Part shown: positions 59,111 to 64,000 of the stretch, piece after piece | Layout of the letters: every line of letters begins with the position of its first letter | How positions within the stretch are numbered: the stretch's first letter is position 1 | Source of the DNA: the human T2T-CHM13v2.0 reference genome, Homo sapiens | DNA: 64,000 bases | Assembly: GCF_009914755.1 (NCBI RefSeq) | Contig: NC_060935.1 | Reading direction: 5' to 3' (one strand) | Notes under the pieces: model-generated | Seen by the model: the letters and a program-made list of their open reading frames with translations, nothing else | Told to the model about the DNA's origin: nothing | Database searches by the model: none | Program-made: the position numbers and the translations under genes

Positions 59111-61531
59111 CAGTGCTTGGTTGCCTTTACATTCTTAGCCACGCGGCCTCCACAAATTACTGCGTCTTCTTTGTACCAGAGGCAACTGTTATGTTGTGTT
59201 TTGGAATTCTCCACATTCTGCCCTCTGAGGGCTGGAGACGGATCAGCAGCTTGTAATCCATCAACAGCTTGGAGACTCTTTCTCTAGCAATAAAATCATA
59301 GCTCCCACTCCCTGCAGGAAGCCTTCAAGACACAGCTCTCGGGTTCTGTCTTCCCTGGCTCTTGAAACAAAGCCGTTGAAGTGGCTTCCTCCAGGCTCAC
59401 AGCCAGGCAGTGGTCCACTTGCTTTCTTAATAGGATGGCTGGGGCCCTAATCCTCCAACACATCAATCAAATGGCAGTCAACTGGAACAGTTCATATAAG
59501 TAGACACTTTGTACTGTCCTTCCCTTGGTCTAGCCAAATTTGAACTCCTAAAAAGCTCTGAAAGAGGATGGTGCATATCAACTGTACTCAGAATGGTGCT
59601 TCTCAACCCTGGAAGCATTTTCAAGTTAACTGAGAAGCTTTTTCGAAAATATCAATGCCTGGGTCCTACTACCCAAGCCTTGAGACTTAATTAGACTGGA
59701 ATGGAGCCAAGTACCCAGTGATTCTGAAAGCCCAGCTTTAGGACATTGCTGCGGGTCAGCTGCTACGAATATCTTCTAAACTTTGCAAGATGGTTTTCTG
59801 TCCCCCTTGGGAAATTTAATTGGCCTTTTGCCAATGAGAAGGAGGTAACTGTTCATTTTAAAAGAAGCTACTTTCACTTTCCCTTCCACATGTGAGACAG
59901 AGAACCCCTGTGGACTGGTGTCTCATGAGAACAGAAACACTCCAGCTGAAATCAGAATGGTCTGCCTTGGTCGTCATGGCTGAAAGACCTGTACTGAGGG
60001 CGTGAAGCAGAACCCCCTTTATTAGCCAGAAGAATGAGTATAGAAATGGTAGGCTCTGGGGGCTGGATTCTGGTAATTGGTCCTATTGGACGGACTATCT
60101 TCGGACATTCCAGAAACAGAGCTGTCCCCAAAATCTTTAGAAAAAAAAAAATGTTGTCACTCTCCCCTGTAATTCATTCCTTGGTCTCACAATACTTGGA
60201 ATCCAACAATTTTTTTTTTCCCACACTTAATCCAAATGCATCCTGTTGCAATTAAACTTCAGTTGTCTTGCTTGTCCTTGTTTAAAACAAAGGACAGCTG
60301 TTCTCACTTGCACAAAGCTCTTGAGGACTGAGCAGAGGATGGTGATAGAGGTAAATACAGCATTGTCTGACCTTGGTTTTGAGTAAACGCTCAGGTAAAA
60401 TTTTTCTCTCCCTCCAGTATCCTGAGGAGCTAAACAAAAGGGCATCTGAGTTGAAGGTCCTAGATTTAATTCCTGGAATGAATAATGGAGACTTGGGGTT
60501 ATTTGTTACTGTTGTTCATCTCCAGTTTCTTCATTTATAAAGTTGAATAAAATTGTATTAAGGAAAAGCCACATCTAATGAAAAAATCATCCTCATTTGC
60601 ATTCATTTTCACTGCTCCTCCATCCACCTCCCACCACCAATAGCTGCACCTGAATTTCCTGAGCCAAAAGGAAGGAAAGATGAAGCCAGTGTGTGAGCTG
60701 ACTGTTTTCTGTAACCTACAGAAACTAGAACAATGTGAGCAGCACAAGGCTGTTGCATTGAAGGTCTGGGAATTTTTTCCAAGAGACAAGTTTGGATTGT
60801 TTATGGGTTGATGAACTGAACAGAGGTAGTTATCTGAGAATCTTAGGGGACTTACCTCAAGTGTCATGTTTCTGTTGGTTTGTGACTGTGCAGTCTGTGT
60901 TAACTGCTTTGCCGTCGTTCCCAGGACTTGGAAGGAAAAAAAAAATCCAACCTGCTTGGTGGCTAATCATTTGAAGAGAAGTCTGCAGTCTGTTAGGCAG
61001 AATGTCTCACTTCTTTCCCCCTCTGCCCTATTGCCATGCTATTGAGCTGTGTGTCTCTTTCCAGTTTTCCCCGTTGGGCTAGCTCTGTTTTCAATGTTGT
61101 CTTCGGCAAATTACCAAAATAGAATTTATGATTCATTGACCCAAATTATGTTCCCACTGACAATATCTGCAGAAATTCTGTTCAACAATAGCTTGCTGAC
61201 TTTACAGAAAACACACATCACTCCCTGGAGTTCACCCGCCCCAAGAAGACCAACAAAAAAGCAAATTAAATCTTATCTCCTCGGAAGTCCTTGATGAAGA
61301 ACATCCTGGTCTTGGCAATTCACTGCATATTTTCAAAAAGCGTTCAGAAAGCAAGATTGTTAGGGTTTTCTGTGAATTGCAGTTTAATCCCGAGGCATAT
61401 ATGAGAGACCACTCTGTATGAACAGCAACCTTTTATTTTCCCCTAAACCACAATGCTGACATTAAGATCCTAGACTTACTCTGTGTTCTGAGCACCTTAA
61501 GGCATCACAGGCATTTATCTCAGTGGGTAAT

Positions 61532-62122
61532 TATCAATCGAGGCAAATGACGAGACAAGCGTCAATCATTTTGGGAAGTTTATTTGCCAAAGTTAAGGAC
61601 TCACACTCTGGAGACAGGTCTATGCCTTTTCTCTGAAGATAATTCTGAGGGCTTCAAATTTAAAGGAGAAAGGGCAGGATATTGAGAAATACACAATTTT
61701 CATGTAGGAGGGGGGTGGGGGAAAATAGTCATTCATGCCTTTGTCTTGCTCAGTGAATCTGCATTTTTACATAAAATAACATAGATAATAAGGCAGAGGA
61801 AACGATCAGATCTGCCTTTGTGTCAGGTGGGCAGAAAGGATGACTTTGAGTTCCGTCCTATGTGGCCCTGCACCTGTGAAGATAAGCCATCGATTTGCAT
61901 TGTCCTGGTGAATTTTAACAGAAATGCTTTGGGGTGAAGATCTTGGAGGCCACAAGGAATTTCCCTGTGGGCAAAGTATGAAGGAGGTGTGTAGCTTTTC
62001 ATCTTGTAGTCATCTTATTTGGGAACCAAAATGGGAGGCAGGTTTTCATGGCCCAGTTCTCAGCTTGATTTTTCCCTTTGGCTTAGTGAGTTTGAGGTCA
62101 CAAGATTTCTTTTCCTTTCACA
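61532..62122 (-). mobile_element. MER4A-type (ERV1) 3' LTR
   Basis: Minus strand begins TGTGAAAGGAAAAGAAATCTTGTGACCTCAAACTCACTAAGCCAAAGGG and is preceded by a polypurine tract. Confidence 0.85.
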
Positions 62123-64000
62123 TCCTCCACCCCCAGCTTTTCTTTAAAATCTTTTGGAGAAAGCATTTTTAGAAGGAAAATGTGTCTCTGATCTCAGGTT
62201 GCTTTTCCCTTTTTCTTTATTTTTTGAGCTGGTTCCTCATCACTAGGATGGTTTACTCCTACAAATTCAGGTCCTATGTTGCTAGGAAGGCTCCTTCCTA
62301 GGAAGTCATGTCCCGCATTGCTAGGAAGACTCATTCCTGGGAAGTCGTGTCCCATGAGGATAAAAATAGGGGGAGGAAAGATGGAAATGGAAAGAAAAAT
62401 ATAGGGACCTAGGCCAGATATATAGCAACGAAGGGGTAGCAAACCTGGAAGCTGGTTCAGGCTATACTACTGCCTCCTTAATTAGAGCAATTCTTTGAGC
62501 AATCATTACTCTAGCTCTTTTGGTTGCATGTTGACTTATTTGCACGCACATACCATAACACCATTGTAAGCAAAAACAGGACAAAACCCAAATTATTCTC
62601 ATTACAGGCAATAGCTTCTGTCACCAAGTTCCCCAGGACCCAAACCAGCCAACCTATCAATCAATAAGTGAGGGTTTTGGATCTGACAGGTTGGTTATCT
62701 GGGTTTTTATATCGGTCATAAGTCGGGTTATGTTATTTGATTTGTCTGGAATATAAACACAACATTCGGTTTTTATAATGGTGCAGGTCCCACCTTGGGC
62801 TGCAGTGAGTATGTCTAAGGCCATACAATTTGGCCGCACAGCTTTCCTCATAAGGAACTCATAAGGAACTTTCGTCATAAGACCTCATTTTTTTTTTAGC
62901 AAAGAGATACTCATGCAGCTGTCATTTAGGGCCTTTTGGGTGTAACTTGTTAGGGCCTTGTATTAGTCCATTCTCAAACTCCTATAAAGAACTACCTGAG
63001 ACTGGGTCATTTATGAAGAAAAGAGGTTTAATTGACTCACAGTTCTGCAGGCTGTACAGGAAGCATGGCTGGGGAAGCCTTAGGAAACTTACAATCATGG
63101 CAGAAGTGCGAAGGGGAAGCAAGCACCTTCTTCACATGGTATCAGGAGAGAGACAACAAAGAAGAGTAGGGCACTATCCATTTTCGAAACAACCAGATCT
63201 CATGAGAGCTCATTCACTATCACGAGAATAGCAAAGGGGAAAACCTCCCCCATGATTCATTCACCTCCCACGTGGCCCCTCCTCCAACACGTGGAGATTA
63301 CAATTCAACATGAGATTTGGGTTGGGACACACAGTCAAACCGTATTAGGCCTCTATATACCATATAACATCTTCAATACCTATTTGTGGTACAAAGATTG
63401 AAGCTAAGTGATCATACCATTGGAATACCGAATGTGTCCAGCAGGATTGTAAATGAAAAAGATTTGCTGGTTTTGGTAGGGTCTGAATTATTCATCCTTG
63501 TGTGCAAGTATAACCACCTAGTGAACTTCATCATAACATCCTGGAGGTAACCACAGCCATGTTAGTGCCACATAACCCTTATGTCCCATTTGGAGGTAGC
63601 CAATAAATACCTGGTTGCCGTACCCAATTGGTGGCATGCCAGTCTGTGTCTTGTCATATAATAATGTGGTCACAATGTTCTCCAGGTATCCACCCCATAT
63701 CTCTTCTACTGTTTGGCCATTGGTCGTTGGTGTGTTTTCCTTGTTCCCAACATAAAGGAGCATTTCGGCTAAGCTGACCTAATGAAGGGGTGAGCCACAG
63801 AGTCCCATCCCAAATTTTCATTATCCCATTTTGAAAATGAGCCATTGTTTGGGGCATAGTTGTCACCTTCTCTTTTAGCTGGGGAGATGCTAAAGTGAGA
63901 GTTAGTGAGCTGATCCTTTCCATTAAAAAACATTTCCCCTGTCTCTTGCTCTTAATAGTGTTTTTAATGGGTCAGTTACTTATATTGTCTTTTGTTATGC
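62123..64000 (-). mobile_element. MER4-group ERV1 internal region with a disrupted env (SU C-terminus and TM), running off the window
   Basis: The 62657-62878 frame encodes RPNCMALDILTAAQGGTCTIIKTECCVYIPD (degenerate ISD plus CX6CC); a fusion-peptide-like WYDHLASIFVPQIGIEDV lies near 63430-63370; frameshifts and stops are present. Confidence 0.85.
62959..63347 (-). mobile_element. MSTA-type MaLR solo LTR inserted in env
   Basis: TGTATTAGTCCATTCTC...ACTCACAGTTCTGCAGGCTGTACAGGAAGCATGGC...AAACCGTATTA; 5-bp TSD GGCCT at 62954-62958 and 63348-63352. Confidence 0.9.

Overview
Primate (very probably human) genomic DNA, dominated by interspersed repeats: about 20 Alus, L1, L2, MIR, MaLR/ERVL/ERV1 LTRs and hAT/Tc2 DNA transposons. 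No spliced protein-coding exon is recognisable. The main feature is a complete L1-mobilised processed copy of BMPR1A on the minus strand (about 52574-55507), with poly(A), AATAAA and a target-site duplication. It was made from an unusual transcript in which the second 5'UTR exon is joined directly to the juxtamembrane/GS exon, so the signal peptide, ectodomain and TM exons are missing. The GS box and kinase frame are still open and the 5'UTR CpG island is largely undecayed. A 59-codon uORF is now in frame with the GS-kinase frame, separated from it by a single TGA. Other notable items are a perfect estrogen response element outside any repeat I recognise (17340-17354), a 1.2-kb CA/CCA array with higher-order duplication, an 83-bp local duplication carrying an inverted RUNX pair, and a MER4-group provirus 3' end whose env is split by an MSTA LTR. 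The locus is probably BMPR1AP2 in the SC5D-SORL1 interval at 11q24; this is from recall and is not verified. Repeat subfamily calls and parent-gene comparisons were made by eye and from memory of consensus sequences.
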